A stretch of 64,000 nt of DNA from Patescibacteria group bacterium. Lineage in GTDB: Bacteria > Patescibacteriota > Patescibacteriia > JACRDY01. A program made the position numbers and the translations under genes. A model generated the notes under the pieces. It was given only the letters and a program-made list of their open reading frames with translations, was not told the DNA's origin and did no database searches. This document shows, piece after piece, positions 25,289-36,674 of the stretch (position 1 is the stretch's first letter; every line of letters starts with the position of its first letter). The DNA is taken from NCBI GenBank assembly GCA_041650515.1, contig JBAZLA010000002.1, forward strand, positions 103,659 through 167,658. Direction: 5' to 3'.

Positions 25289-28285
25289 TTATTTACCCTT
25301 GCCAAAATATTTTCGGAATAAACTTGATAAAGAACCGTATAAATCAGTACCTTGTTTATTCTTAAGCGAAGCTATCTCCTGAGCCAAACGTTCGCCCTCG
25401 GCACTACCCATTTTTTTGGCCATATTCTCCATATTCTTAGCTAATTCTTGGGCTAATCGACTAGTCTGGGCGTTAGAGTCGCCTCCTTTTAGATCTTTAA
25501 TTGCGTCAGTTAATTTGCCGACATTTTCTTCCATTTTGGTTAATAATTCTCTGCTGCCTTCTGGATAGGTCTCTCTTGACCGAGGTTCTCTGGCTTCAGA
25601 TTTGGTTCCACCGGCTGTTTCTTCTTCATCTTCAGTAAACGGTCTATTAGTTGCTGGATTAATAATTCGACTTCCCGCCGGCTCGGGCTTACCACCTTCA
25701 GGAGTTTTATTACTACTTAATAATCCGCCTAAAACTTTACTAAACCGTTCAGCATCTCCATCACTAAATTTCCCACCTTTCAATATTGGCTCTAATTTAG
25801 CCTGTATATCTTTACTCCCAGTTCGGCCGAAATATTGATAATTTAAAACATCCATCAAAAGCTTTGGATTTTTCTTATGCTCAAGTTGTAACCTTCTGAG
25901 TGTTTCCCCTTTACTGCGGTAATTTCCATCGGGATCTGTCCCATCCATAATCTCACCGGTCTTACGATCAATCCAACCCGACTCATTCTCTGCAATACTA
26001 CCTTGACGTAAAACATGTCGCCCAAAACGGGTCTGACCGCGATGGAGTTCAGCGGAAAACTCTGGACCCAAATATTTATACATCGCCCGATTATACATGC
26101 TCCCGCCTTCGTAACCTCTAGTATCGATGGAGGAATCACCAGTTTCCTTATTATAAGCCCTATTGACAACATTATGAGAAGCAAAAGATTTTCTAAAAGT
26201 CGCTGTATCCATCTTGGCAGCGTTGCCCTGTACATCTTTTATTTTCGCTATATTATTTAGTAATAATGGCAAGCCGCTTTGAGAATCCTTAAGTACTGTT
26301 GACTGCTCCCAATGGCCAATTTTTCTGGCGGTTTGGGTCATAGTCTGCATCCGCCACAAACCGCGCTTTTCATCCTCAGAAGCATTTTGAGTATTATCGA
26401 TTTGTTTTTGCTTGACTTTAGCCCCATATTGTCCCCATAGTTCCTCCCGAGCAGCATCTTCAGCATCAACTCGGGTGTCATATTCCCCACTTTTAAATTT
26501 ATTCTCAATTAGTGCCTGTAAATCAACTTTATTTTCACTGAGCATATCCTCAAAAATCTTTTCCGGATCAAATTTTTCCCTACCCAAATCAAGTAATTTC
26601 ATATCCATAATCTTATAAGTCTCATCAGTACCCTTTAGGGCGTGATTATAATCATCAAAACCCCACGATTTAGCCGTTGCTTCTCTTTCTTCTGGGTTTA
26701 ATTTAGCCCATTTTTTAATAACAGCATCATAAACATCATCCTTATTGCCTTCCCGAGTAGCTAAACCTAAATGGCCAGATGTCCGGTCATAACCTTCCCG
26801 GGTTTTGTCTTGCATCGCCCGCAATACGCCCTCAACCATATTTTCCAGGTTAAGGTCGCCGCCTAATTCTTCTTCGGCTTTTTTCTCCGCGGCGGCCTGG
26901 ATCTTCAACTCAGTCATCTGCTCGATCGGCGGCATGGCTTTCTCTCCCACCATCGCCTTCTGCCACCATTTATTACCTCTACCTTCGGCACGCTGCTTGG
27001 ACTTTTCATACATTTCATCACCACGCTTGCCGACGCCTTTCCAAAAACTCGGCGTTAGAAAAGCCAACCGACTCTCACCCACGGACGAAGCAATACGCTG
27101 ACCGATTCTTTTAGATCCTAGAACCAAGCCGGCCAACGGCGCACCAGCTACCTTCGTTCCCAACCCCTGCGCCTTAGCCACAAAAGCCGAACCGAGTTTG
27201 CCACCAGCGACACCCAGCTGGCCAGTCATCGACATACCCGCTACCAGCATACCAATCGAAATAATAAATTTTCCCATAAAACCCCAGCTGCCGGCATCAG
27301 TCGAACCAGCCTGAGGCACTTGGTCACCACCCGTTATCGGCGTACTGGCATCGCCACCCGGACTTTTTAGATCAGCATCAATACTACCAAAAACCGCTAG
27401 CGATAACCAAATAAAGAAGGCTAGGATCGGGCCAGTAATAACATATTTAGTAAACTGCTGCGACCACTGCCGGGCATAACTCTGACCCGAGGGAAAAGAC
27501 ATCAGTAAGAAAAAGACTGGGGAAAGAATAATCAAGAACCAAAGCATAATCACCCGAAAAGCCAGAATAATCACCATAATAACCAGAATCGCCAACAAAA
27601 ACACCGAGTAAATTAAAGCCAAAAACATTGAACCGGCAATACCCGATGGTGTTAATTGAGCATCGGTGACGTTACCACTCACCGACTGGGTAAGAGCAGC
27701 GCTGGCGCCCGACATGCTTAATAGCTTAGTAATACCGGTGGCGTTAATAAAATTACCTGGCCCGACATCTTTAAAAGCATTAACAAAGGTCAACATCACC
27801 ACCTGGGAAGCATCAATGGCTAAGCCGCAAATCGTTTTGGAAAAATTAACCAAAATCGCCAGAATAATCATCTTGGGCAGTAAACGCTTATAATTATAGC
27901 TTTCGATTTTAAGAATCGTGGCAAAGGCAATGATCAGGAAAATCAAAACAAAAAACATATTAACCACATCACGAACCACCACCCAGCCGATTACGACCGC
28001 CCCGGAGCTGATAAAAGTATTATACTGAGCAATCCATAGTAGCACCCAAAAAACCACCATGATCAACCCACCGATCAGCGCCACGAAGATCATTAGAATC
28101 ATCGCTACCACCAAAGCCACTACTAAGCCCGGCACGCCGCTACTTTGCGCGCCAGCTGATGACATATTAAGCAAAACGGCTGACAAAACTACTGCCAACA
28201 CTATACCAGCTAGCCGATAACGACTCCCAAGTACCAATAATTTCTGAGTAAACCGATCAAATATTTTTTTGATTGAGTTGATCAT
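25289..28285 (-). CDS. VirB6/TrbL/PrgH-like polytopic membrane protein with about 600-aa hydrophilic C-terminal extension
   Basis: Seven or more TM helices in first about 380 aa, Gly/Ser-rich loop, long charged C-terminal domain; location between VirB4 and giant secreted protein. Confidence 0.5.
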   Translation of the reverse strand: MINSIKKIFDRFTQKLLVLGSRYRLAGIVLAVVLSAVLLNMSSAGAQSSGVPGLVVALVVAMILMIFVALIGGLIMVVFWVLLWIAQYNTFISSGAVVIGWVVVRDVVNMFFVLIFLIIAFATILKIESYNYKRLLPKMIILAILVNFSKTICGLAIDASQVVMLTFVNAFKDVGPGNFINATGITKLLSMSGASAALTQSVSGNVTDAQLTPSGIAGSMFLALIYSVFLLAILVIMVIILAFRVIMLWFLIILSPVFFLLMSFPSGQSYARQWSQQFTKYVITGPILAFFIWLSLAVFGSIDADLKSPGGDASTPITGGDQVPQAGSTDAGSWGFMGKFIISIGMLVAGMSMTGQLGVAGGKLGSAFVAKAQGLGTKVAGAPLAGLVLGSKRIGQRIASSVGESRLAFLTPSFWKGVGKRGDEMYEKSKQRAEGRGNKWWQKAMVGEKAMPPIEQMTELKIQAAAEKKAEEELGGDLNLENMVEGVLRAMQDKTREGYDRTSGHLGLATREGNKDDVYDAVIKKWAKLNPEEREATAKSWGFDDYNHALKGTDETYKIMDMKLLDLGREKFDPEKIFEDMLSENKVDLQALIENKFKSGEYDTRVDAEDAAREELWGQYGAKVKQKQIDNTQNASEDEKRGLWRMQTMTQTARKIGHWEQSTVLKDSQSGLPLLLNNIAKIKDVQGNAAKMDTATFRKSFASHNVVNRAYNKETGDSSIDTRGYEGGSMYNRAMYKYLGPEFSAELHRGQTRFGRHVLRQGSIAENESGWIDRKTGEIMDGTDPDGNYRSKGETLRRLQLEHKKNPKLLMDVLNYQYFGRTGSKDIQAKLEPILKGGKFSDGDAERFSKVLGGLLSSNKTPEGGKPEPAGSRIINPATNRPFTEDEEETAGGTKSEAREPRSRETYPEGSRELLTKMEENVGKLTDAIKDLKGGDSNAQTSRLAQELAKNMENMAKKMGSAEGERLAQEIASLKNKQGTDLYGSLSSLFRKYFGKGK

Positions 28286-28315
28286 CTGTAGATAAATTAA
28301 TTATCTTACTGCTGA

Positions 28316-31300
28316 TTAATAATCGGCTTTAATTACCGCAATCACACCGTTGTAGCTGGTCCAAACTTTATTCTGATCGATAAATGCTGACGCTGAACAA
28401 TTGTGTGTGCCAGAACCAGCGCCTAGCCAATAATCTTCGACACAAGCTTTGCCATTGCCGGGAGTTGTCGCCCCACAGTCAGCACCGCAGATTCCCCAGT
28501 TATCAATCACCTGCACCCGCGGCTTGTAAACGCAACAAGGATTATGATTTTCTGGCAGGTCCTCTAAACCAACAACATGCGCATAGCAGTCATCCCAATA
28601 ATAAAGAGCACCGTCATCAACTATACAATCCGGATTATAAATATAAAGATTATCAAACGACCAAGGTGAAGCAACACAAGCATCACCAGAACTACCAAAA
28701 TTGGTACCATCACAACTTGATCGATGATTTTGGTAAGAGTCACCTAGCTGTCCCAAACCCAAACTACCTAGGTCCGCTTCATAATCCTTACCGCCCCAAT
28801 CAATATTTATATATCGTAATGGCATCTGACTACCATTAGAGTTATAAGCATAGAAGGAAAGGCTGGCCCAATACTGGCCGTAGCCAACCTCTGGCTCTGC
28901 CGCGTCGCCTTGAAAATAATTAACCGAAATACTCCGAGCACTGTGCTCTTTCCAACCGCCGATCGTTTCATCAAAAACTGCGGCCCTAACCACTGGCGCC
29001 TGACCCATTGTCGCCCGATTATCCCAGCCATAGAGCGAGAATGTCGGCGCAAAAGCTATTCCACCGGATGTTGGAATACCTAGATAAGAAAAAGGAGAAC
29101 TCATGGCAAATAGCTTAGAAATTTTATCATCAATAATTGCCATACGACCAGTAGGCGATAATAAATCATTAGCAGTCATTATGCCAGGAGGATTAAGACC
29201 AAGACAATAAGCACCATCACCGCAATCAGCGGCCTCAGAACAATCACTATCACTATAGTAATCAAAACCGTCACCCCCAAAACAAGTTGCTTTACCACAA
29301 TAAACAAGTAACGGAACACCAGGACGTGGGTGACAACTATAAGGTGATCCCCCTTCTCGCTGATCTGCTCCTTCTGGCGCTCTCTGTATATACCATCCTC
29401 CCAGAGCAGCAACAGAATCTAAATCGGCTTTGCCAAAGGGTTCATTATTCTGAGGATAACGATATTCTAATGTAGGGACATCAAAATCTTCAAACTCTTT
29501 TAGGTAGTTGGTGTTGGCGGCATGAATATAAGTCGAATCAACCTCTTGCGTTACCTGCACAGCTATCTCGCAATATTCTTTAAAAACAAATACTGGATTA
29601 AGTGCGATAGCACCATTCCAACCATTAACCCCACCTTTAGACTCACAATCGTTTGCTGGCCCTCCCGCCCCATCTTTATGTTCAACCTTAATCTGAATAT
29701 ATTCCAAATCATCACCTGACCAATTAATAACAACTTCTAAGCAGATATTACTCTGCCTTGTCGGATTAGAAAATAAAACTTTTTCCATATTGGGCGCATA
29801 AAACCAATCACCATTGGGTAGGTAAACATAAGCTTGGTAAGCATACAGTGGTGATCCTCCCTCCGATACCGCTATGTTCCACCAAGCATCATAAGCAGAC
29901 GTGTTGTCATTATAATACTTATCGTCTGGTTTATAATAAATAACTCGATCTTCATAATCATTAAAGAAAACGATAGCTCCATCACCCTCGACACCAGTAA
30001 AAATATTTTGAGGTGTTGGTCTAACTGGACAACCAGCATCCCCTAAACAACCGATTTCATCTAAAATTAGAGCCTTCACTTCACTTTTTCTAATTTTTCG
30101 GCCGCTCGGTTTAAGAGTGTATTTATAACCACAATGAGTATCATAGCTAGTAGTTTCTGGAAAAACACTTAAAGCGTACTTATATTTACTCCAATCCCAA
30201 CCTGCATCGCCGTGATGGCCACTCTCACCTAAATACCTCTCATATCGACACTCGCTCCAAGAAACATCGCCAGAAGCATAGGAGATATTGTAAGGTGGAT
30301 CTTCCATCCAGGTATCACTTTCGGTCTTAGCCCACTGGTTGACATATGGAGCATTACCCTTTTCTTGCAAACAATAAAGTTGGTCTTCCGACGGTTGCCA
30401 ACCAGCGGCTGGAACACTATTAAAGACATCAGGCTCATTAGCCACCAAATCCAAGGGCATCCATAATAAGCAGGCTAATTTATTTGGATCAGCATTAACC
30501 GCTTTTCTTCTATCGCTTTGTAAACAATACCCTCGCCAACCAACATATAAATCTTGTCGACTAGGTTTGACACAAACATCATTATCTGAAGGTGTTGCCC
30601 CCACTGGGTTACCACCACTATCATAATAATTACCTTGATCCGGTGACAAATACCCAGGTTCATTGATTTCAGCCATACATTCTTGATCATTAGCACAAGA
30701 ATCACCAGCCGCCTTACCCGATGTTTCGTCGACTTCAGTACAATAATGATCACTATTTGTGTCTAGATCAAAATAAGCGGTGGGGCCAGAATCTCCCTGC
30801 CATTTTTCATAAAAACAGTCACAATCATTACCATCAATTTCAGAACAGAAATTAGATCCCGCAAAAGATGAATTACCTTTCAAAGTTTCGGTACCAGGGA
30901 AGGGCGAGGTAGTTTCTGGATAACCACGACAACTTTTAGTGGCTTTACCAATAACCAACCCACTAGAATTTTCACCCAAGCCCAAACTCTTCCCAGTATC
31001 AGAAAGATGGGTCAAATAATAATCACCAGAACTTTTATCGCACTTACCGCTCGAACAATCACTATTATTTATACAACTTTGATATGGCGATACAGTACAT
31101 TTACCGAATGGCACCTGCTGCAGGCTCCAAGTCGGATAGAGCCAAGGCACCGAGTAACCAGAATAATCATAACCAGCCCAACCCAGATCGCGCTCCGTAT
31201 ATTTATCTATACTCAGATTATCATAAGCGCTAAATCCCGGCTCAGCACTGATCGGCTTAGCACTAATACATTGTAGGGTCGAACTAGTTCCCTGATCGAA

Positions 31301-34300
31301 ATTTTGGAAGCGAGAACAAGCTGTTGTGGACATACATAGCTGACGATAAGACCCAGAATTAGCATCAAAAACATCAAACGATCGACTACAATCAACCCAT
31401 TCAGCGCAGACCCGGTCGCGCCGGACTTTTAAGATCTGGTTAGTATTGTTTTTATAAATTTTACTTATAGCCATCGGCGGACTACTGCCGGGTATCACCT
31501 CAAAATATTGACATTCAGTTGGCGTTGGCGTCATGCTACAATCGATCGGCCCAACCAACGAATTACTCTGGTTCTCACTACTAATATAAGTTGCATCGCT
31601 GCTCCATTCCACCGGCGGTAACCAATTGCCATCACCGTTTGCCTGAGCCGCGGCCCAATCAGTCTTGTTATAATCAGCAAACAAAACACAACCTTCTTTA
31701 AGCGAAACCTGGCCATTGCAGCTCTGGGTGTCCAAAGCATTATTGTCTAAATAATAATACTCATTATTACCTTGTTCGGCGCTGCCATTAGGATCAATAA
31801 ACTTAGTGCAGCTGCTATATTGCGACGGACACAGCTGGGCCCAATATTTCTGACTGCTGCTGGTCTGGTTGTCTTCGCCGCAGGTATAATTTACATAAGT
31901 ATTTGTCCCCGGATCCCAAACTTTTATCGGACAAATGACATCAGCGCCCTTCTGGTACCAACAAAATTCTTGCTGGCCGGTTAGCTGCCGATATTCACAA
32001 ACCTTATCGCGCGGATCTTTAAAATAGATTGGATTAAGATTACCGCCGCCGTTATATTCTTCACAGCCAAAACCATTAGTAGTACATAAATCAGTAGTAT
32101 ACCGAGTCGGCTGGTTGAGGAAATAAACTAAATTTTCCGAACCGCCTTGTTCGGTATTATAGTCAATAACCGTATCATCCTGAGCTAGCCGCGGGAGAGC
32201 AAACTTAGTGCAGCCCTTGCTCTGTGACTGGCAACTAAAGTCGGGGTTATTCACGGCGTAAATAAACTGGTCTCCAGTGACACTTACTTCATCCGCAGAG
32301 CCGTCGCTAGCGGCCATCATCCAACCTGGATAATCAGCATACTGTTCGGTCAGGGTTAAATTGTAACGACAAGTCCGCTCGCCAGCGTTAACCTGACAAG
32401 CCAGTACTTTAATCGTTGGAGCATAGGTCCCTGGTGTGTAAGTACAATCGCAAGTCGTGGCTGGCGGAGTCGGGATACAAGTATTAGCCGGCAGAGTACA
32501 AACTCGGCTAAAGTCTTGCTTAAACGGCGAGGGCGAATTGTAAGTATTAATCAGCGCTTCGCAGCCCACTACCCCCTCCGAACAGATCCGAGTAAACGAC
32601 TTGAGATATTGAACATTGGCATTGCTGTCTTGGTAGGCTTCGCAACCCAGCATGTACTGCGGCGCGGCGGCCCCGGAATGATTTTGGTCGCAGCTAGCCG
32701 GCGTGGACCACGAATTTTGGACCAAAAATTGAACATCGCGAACTTCTTCTAGCTGGACGTTGTCGACATAAAATTTCTTACCTTGCGCTGAGTAGAATAA
32801 TAGTTTGTCATTGGCATTAGTCCAATTAATAAACACCGGACCCAGACGATAGAATCGCCAATCAGTAGCTAGATCGTTTTGATAGCTAAAATAATTAGCT
32901 GGCTGATCTTCTGGCGAACCGACATTAATTCCCGAGAATCTAATTTTGAGAGTATTAGCCACCTGCTGATCTGATTTGGCCCAAACGGTCAGAATGTAAG
33001 CTCGGCCCGGTTGGACTTTATCAGTCATATCCCAAGCCAGACCCGCTGATCCTACTCCGCTGGTAAACGAATGGCCGCCGACCGTAAAAGCTTCTGACGA
33101 TAAAACGCCATAGTAACCAGCATAAGGGCCAATCGGATCGGGAATCCACTCATCCAAAAGGCTGCCTTCAAACCCTTCAAAACCCACTACAAAGCCACTG
33201 CCAGAAAAATTACCCCGATATTCCTGACAGCCCGACTGGCCACAAGGCACGCTATTAGCCGGGTTAGCCAGAAAAATACACTGATTATTATAACTAGTAA
33301 ATTCTAAACCACTGCCTGAGCACTGGCCAGGTAATAGATTATAGCAAATACCGTTTTGCCAAAAACCGCCCTGGCTGTTGCAAGAAGCTAAATTCAGGCC
33401 TTCGCACTGAGTAACAAAACCGCCAGACTTAGCACAATCCGAGATGCCGTACCAATTACTCATCCGATAATTATGACAATCCTGCGTACACAATACTGTA
33501 TCGGCGTATAAACGATATCTAATCTGACCCGTAGCCGAATAGAACTGACGACAGTTGGGGGTATTATACGGATCATAAAATGGATCACCCGGATTTTGAG
33601 CATAAATCGGCTCACAGCTAGCTGGATCACCAGGAACCGCTGGCACCCCAGGAATTGAATAAACCGGATTTCTGATCACGAACGGTGCGTCATGATCAGT
33701 GGCGCTTCTCTTTAATTGATAAAGTTTTAATTGATAGCCAGTTCGGTCGCTGCCTTCCCAAGTATAAAAAGCCGCGCAATCCTCATCAGCGCTACCCGGG
33801 TTAGGTTTCTGACAACGACGCAAAAATGAATAATTTTCCAAACTTTCACCGCCCGCTTCGGCGCTATCTAGATTAGTAAACTCTTCACAGCCAGAATCGT
33901 TAGCTGTACAGCTCTGAGCCGTTGGCGCCATAAAATATAAGGGCACCAGTTCTGACTGGAATCTAGAAGCCATGCGTTTATAAGTCCGATAGCCAACGCA
34001 TTCAGCCGGACAATAATCCTCAGGCTTAACAATACCCGGGACAATAATACCGCTAGCTAAAGCCGTATATTTTTGGCAGCCAACATCATCTGGACCGCAA
34101 CTTTTGGCATAATTGCTACATTCGGCTGGGTCGCTCGGCGTACCCGGACAATTAAGATAATCCGGCTTAATCTTGAGATAAGTCGTGTTAATTGCCCCAT
34201 AATCTTTATAGCCGGAATCGGTGTTAGCTTCTTCTAATTGAACAGCGTCAAATAAACAACCAGCCGTAGCGAGCCAAGTCGCCGGCTGAAAAGCCAGACC

Positions 34301-36625
34301 AATTGATTGATCCGAGACCGAACTTGGAAAAGTATAAGTAAAATAATAACTATTCCATTGCGTCCCGTCCCAAATACTAGGATCTTGAATTAGTTCACTC
34401 AACGCAATATATTCTGTCGTGCCGCTCAGTGGCCCAAAATGAACCTTGGTGCTATTCTGATCACAATTTTTGGCCGCAAAAGACAGAGTAAACGTCCGGC
34501 TGCCCAAGGCATAGCCGGTCGGAATAGTTTGGCTAATCAAGCCACCGCCAGTTGGTATTAATATTGATGTTTGGCCAACTAAAGCATCGGTGCTGGCCGA
34601 GGTTTTTAAAACAGTCGCGCTGGTCTTCCAGCCAGGAAAATAATTGGCTACAGAATTGACTGTCAAATAATCTTCAAAACTGCCATTTTTGACTAGATTA
34701 GTACCCGAGCTAGGATAAGTTTTAATCAATTCGGTACAACCGACATCATCGCTAGAACAAGCCTGAACATCGCGATCAAAATAAAACCGTGGTTCTTGGC
34801 CTAGCATATCAGCGCCCAACCACTGGCCAGCCGCGTTTTTGACCCCGGCGTACCATTTACAGCCTTTATTATTACTGTCGCAACCTTGATAGTTTAAACT
34901 GGTCTTAAGAAAACTAGCTTCCTGACCGTCGATTATTTTAACAAAACTCTGACAAGTGGCATAATTAGACGGACATTCATCACCATCAAACCACCAGATA
35001 TTCCGCTCGCGGGTGCAGTGCCCCCAAGCTTTACAACTGCCATCTTCGCTCTCCAAAACACAGTCCTGACTCTCGGCGCACCACTCTTCTCGCGTACCGC
35101 CGCCAATATTAATTGGACCCGGCACCCGAGCCGTACATTTTTGCTGCGGCGCTTTGAGCACCCAATTAGGATCAACTAGGCCGTAAAACTGAGAACTCGG
35201 GTTATTAAAGTCGCTAATTAAAGAATTTAAATTATAACTACTACCGCCAAAAGTCGATTTGCCGCCAATAAGTTCTGCCGCAAATTCCCAACCCGCTGGC
35301 ACAATTCGAGCTTTACGCAACCGCCGAATGGCACTCATCGAGTAGCCCTCTTCTGGTCCAGGCTCATTAGCGCCCTGCGGCGAGGAATAACCAAATGACC
35401 AATTACCATTCAATAAATCTTGATCAATCGCCTCTTGGACAGTCAGTTTATTATAAATCGCATCAGCAAAATCTTGATTAATCGTACAATTATTAAAACC
35501 AGGATTTTCTGCTGGACAAGCCACAAATTCGGCCACGATATCATACTCGCCGCCGATTTTAACTTTGGTTTGTAATAAGTCGGCAAAACTGCTGTCAGCT
35601 GACTCGGCAATATAAGTGCCATAAGGTGTACCGCCGCCGCCGCTACCGCCATCCGGCCGGGTGAGCTCGGTACAAAAATCAAAACCGTTACCTGGGATAT
35701 CGCAAACATCTTTAACTCCCCACAGACCTTGCAGCCATTTACTCATTAGCTCGGCGACTAAAGTATTTAAAAATTGATCAACAAAAGGAATTAATAACGA
35801 GCCGGTCATAATCGCGCCTATTTCACTAAGGCCCGCCTTGGTAAAGGGATCTTCTATCAACCCCTTCTCAACGTATTTTTTGACAGCATCGCGCGAACTC
35901 TTTTTGTAGCCACTTAGCGGATCCACCACATCATGAAAATCAGCATTAAGCTTAAGCGGGTCAAACTCGGTTTTGACTTTTTCATTTTTGACTCTTTCCA
36001 ACTCCCAAGTGCTGGAAATAAAAGCGCCGGCATCACTCTGGGTGGGTGAAAAAGAAGCTTGCGCTCGTAGCAAAATCTCGCCGCTCTGAAATTCAGCGCC
36101 CAGCTTATTCCAATTATCTTGAATCTCCCGCCAGTTACAAATCGGCGTTGGCTCTTGTGATTCAAACAAGGCAATCCCCAACATAAAACGAATATTGGGG
36201 TTGGGATTACACAGAATACTGGCATCGCCAAAAAAGTTTTCCGAAAAAGAACCAATAAACTCGCCAGCGGCCGACTCCGACGCGTCCAGCAGAATTGCTT
36301 TTTGGGTTCGCCATTCAGTCAGCGACTGCAGACCATTCTTGCCTTCGGCGACCGCCTTAGCTAGGCTGACCGCCAATTTACGCGAGAGCATCTGGCCGGA
36401 GCGAATAATTGAATAGCGTAACGAAGCCAAAATTTCATCCCAAATGGTGGTTTTAATCTCTTTTTTGACTATTATCCCTTCCAGAGTCGGATAAGAAGTT
36501 ACCTCAACCGGGGCAGCCTCAACCCTTTGCGGCATTAAAAAAGCAGGAACCGCCACGCCAAACAAAAAAGCTATCAAAACCAAGCCGGTAATTATCTTTC
36601 TCTGTTTCCCGCTTTTACTTAACAT
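28316..36625 (-). CDS. Giant (2769 aa) secreted Cys/Trp/Tyr/Asn-rich surface protein
   Basis: N-terminal signal anchor ITGLVLIAFLFGVAVPAFLMPQRVEA; uninterrupted 8.3-kb ORF, hundreds of Cys in CxxC/CxC contexts; no enzymatic motif recognised. Confidence 0.7.
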   Translation of the reverse strand: MLSKSGKQRKIITGLVLIAFLFGVAVPAFLMPQRVEAAPVEVTSYPTLEGIIVKKEIKTTIWDEILASLRYSIIRSGQMLSRKLAVSLAKAVAEGKNGLQSLTEWRTQKAILLDASESAAGEFIGSFSENFFGDASILCNPNPNIRFMLGIALFESQEPTPICNWREIQDNWNKLGAEFQSGEILLRAQASFSPTQSDAGAFISSTWELERVKNEKVKTEFDPLKLNADFHDVVDPLSGYKKSSRDAVKKYVEKGLIEDPFTKAGLSEIGAIMTGSLLIPFVDQFLNTLVAELMSKWLQGLWGVKDVCDIPGNGFDFCTELTRPDGGSGGGGTPYGTYIAESADSSFADLLQTKVKIGGEYDIVAEFVACPAENPGFNNCTINQDFADAIYNKLTVQEAIDQDLLNGNWSFGYSSPQGANEPGPEEGYSMSAIRRLRKARIVPAGWEFAAELIGGKSTFGGSSYNLNSLISDFNNPSSQFYGLVDPNWVLKAPQQKCTARVPGPINIGGGTREEWCAESQDCVLESEDGSCKAWGHCTRERNIWWFDGDECPSNYATCQSFVKIIDGQEASFLKTSLNYQGCDSNNKGCKWYAGVKNAAGQWLGADMLGQEPRFYFDRDVQACSSDDVGCTELIKTYPSSGTNLVKNGSFEDYLTVNSVANYFPGWKTSATVLKTSASTDALVGQTSILIPTGGGLISQTIPTGYALGSRTFTLSFAAKNCDQNSTKVHFGPLSGTTEYIALSELIQDPSIWDGTQWNSYYFTYTFPSSVSDQSIGLAFQPATWLATAGCLFDAVQLEEANTDSGYKDYGAINTTYLKIKPDYLNCPGTPSDPAECSNYAKSCGPDDVGCQKYTALASGIIVPGIVKPEDYCPAECVGYRTYKRMASRFQSELVPLYFMAPTAQSCTANDSGCEEFTNLDSAEAGGESLENYSFLRRCQKPNPGSADEDCAAFYTWEGSDRTGYQLKLYQLKRSATDHDAPFVIRNPVYSIPGVPAVPGDPASCEPIYAQNPGDPFYDPYNTPNCRQFYSATGQIRYRLYADTVLCTQDCHNYRMSNWYGISDCAKSGGFVTQCEGLNLASCNSQGGFWQNGICYNLLPGQCSGSGLEFTSYNNQCIFLANPANSVPCGQSGCQEYRGNFSGSGFVVGFEGFEGSLLDEWIPDPIGPYAGYYGVLSSEAFTVGGHSFTSGVGSAGLAWDMTDKVQPGRAYILTVWAKSDQQVANTLKIRFSGINVGSPEDQPANYFSYQNDLATDWRFYRLGPVFINWTNANDKLLFYSAQGKKFYVDNVQLEEVRDVQFLVQNSWSTPASCDQNHSGAAAPQYMLGCEAYQDSNANVQYLKSFTRICSEGVVGCEALINTYNSPSPFKQDFSRVCTLPANTCIPTPPATTCDCTYTPGTYAPTIKVLACQVNAGERTCRYNLTLTEQYADYPGWMMAASDGSADEVSVTGDQFIYAVNNPDFSCQSQSKGCTKFALPRLAQDDTVIDYNTEQGGSENLVYFLNQPTRYTTDLCTTNGFGCEEYNGGGNLNPIYFKDPRDKVCEYRQLTGQQEFCWYQKGADVICPIKVWDPGTNTYVNYTCGEDNQTSSSQKYWAQLCPSQYSSCTKFIDPNGSAEQGNNEYYYLDNNALDTQSCNGQVSLKEGCVLFADYNKTDWAAAQANGDGNWLPPVEWSSDATYISSENQSNSLVGPIDCSMTPTPTECQYFEVIPGSSPPMAISKIYKNNTNQILKVRRDRVCAEWVDCSRSFDVFDANSGSYRQLCMSTTACSRFQNFDQGTSSTLQCISAKPISAEPGFSAYDNLSIDKYTERDLGWAGYDYSGYSVPWLYPTWSLQQVPFGKCTVSPYQSCINNSDCSSGKCDKSSGDYYLTHLSDTGKSLGLGENSSGLVIGKATKSCRGYPETTSPFPGTETLKGNSSFAGSNFCSEIDGNDCDCFYEKWQGDSGPTAYFDLDTNSDHYCTEVDETSGKAAGDSCANDQECMAEINEPGYLSPDQGNYYDSGGNPVGATPSDNDVCVKPSRQDLYVGWRGYCLQSDRRKAVNADPNKLACLLWMPLDLVANEPDVFNSVPAAGWQPSEDQLYCLQEKGNAPYVNQWAKTESDTWMEDPPYNISYASGDVSWSECRYERYLGESGHHGDAGWDWSKYKYALSVFPETTSYDTHCGYKYTLKPSGRKIRKSEVKALILDEIGCLGDAGCPVRPTPQNIFTGVEGDGAIVFFNDYEDRVIYYKPDDKYYNDNTSAYDAWWNIAVSEGGSPLYAYQAYVYLPNGDWFYAPNMEKVLFSNPTRQSNICLEVVINWSGDDLEYIQIKVEHKDGAGGPANDCESKGGVNGWNGAIALNPVFVFKEYCEIAVQVTQEVDSTYIHAANTNYLKEFEDFDVPTLEYRYPQNNEPFGKADLDSVAALGGWYIQRAPEGADQREGGSPYSCHPRPGVPLLVYCGKATCFGGDGFDYYSDSDCSEAADCGDGAYCLGLNPPGIMTANDLLSPTGRMAIIDDKISKLFAMSSPFSYLGIPTSGGIAFAPTFSLYGWDNRATMGQAPVVRAAVFDETIGGWKEHSARSISVNYFQGDAAEPEVGYGQYWASLSFYAYNSNGSQMPLRYINIDWGGKDYEADLGSLGLGQLGDSYQNHRSSCDGTNFGSSGDACVASPWSFDNLYIYNPDCIVDDGALYYWDDCYAHVVGLEDLPENHNPCCVYKPRVQVIDNWGICGADCGATTPGNGKACVEDYWLGAGSGTHNCSASAFIDQNKVWTSYNGVIAVIKADY

Positions 36626-36674
36626 ATTTATTTTACTTAATTATAAAATAAATCTTAAAAATAGACAAAAACTA

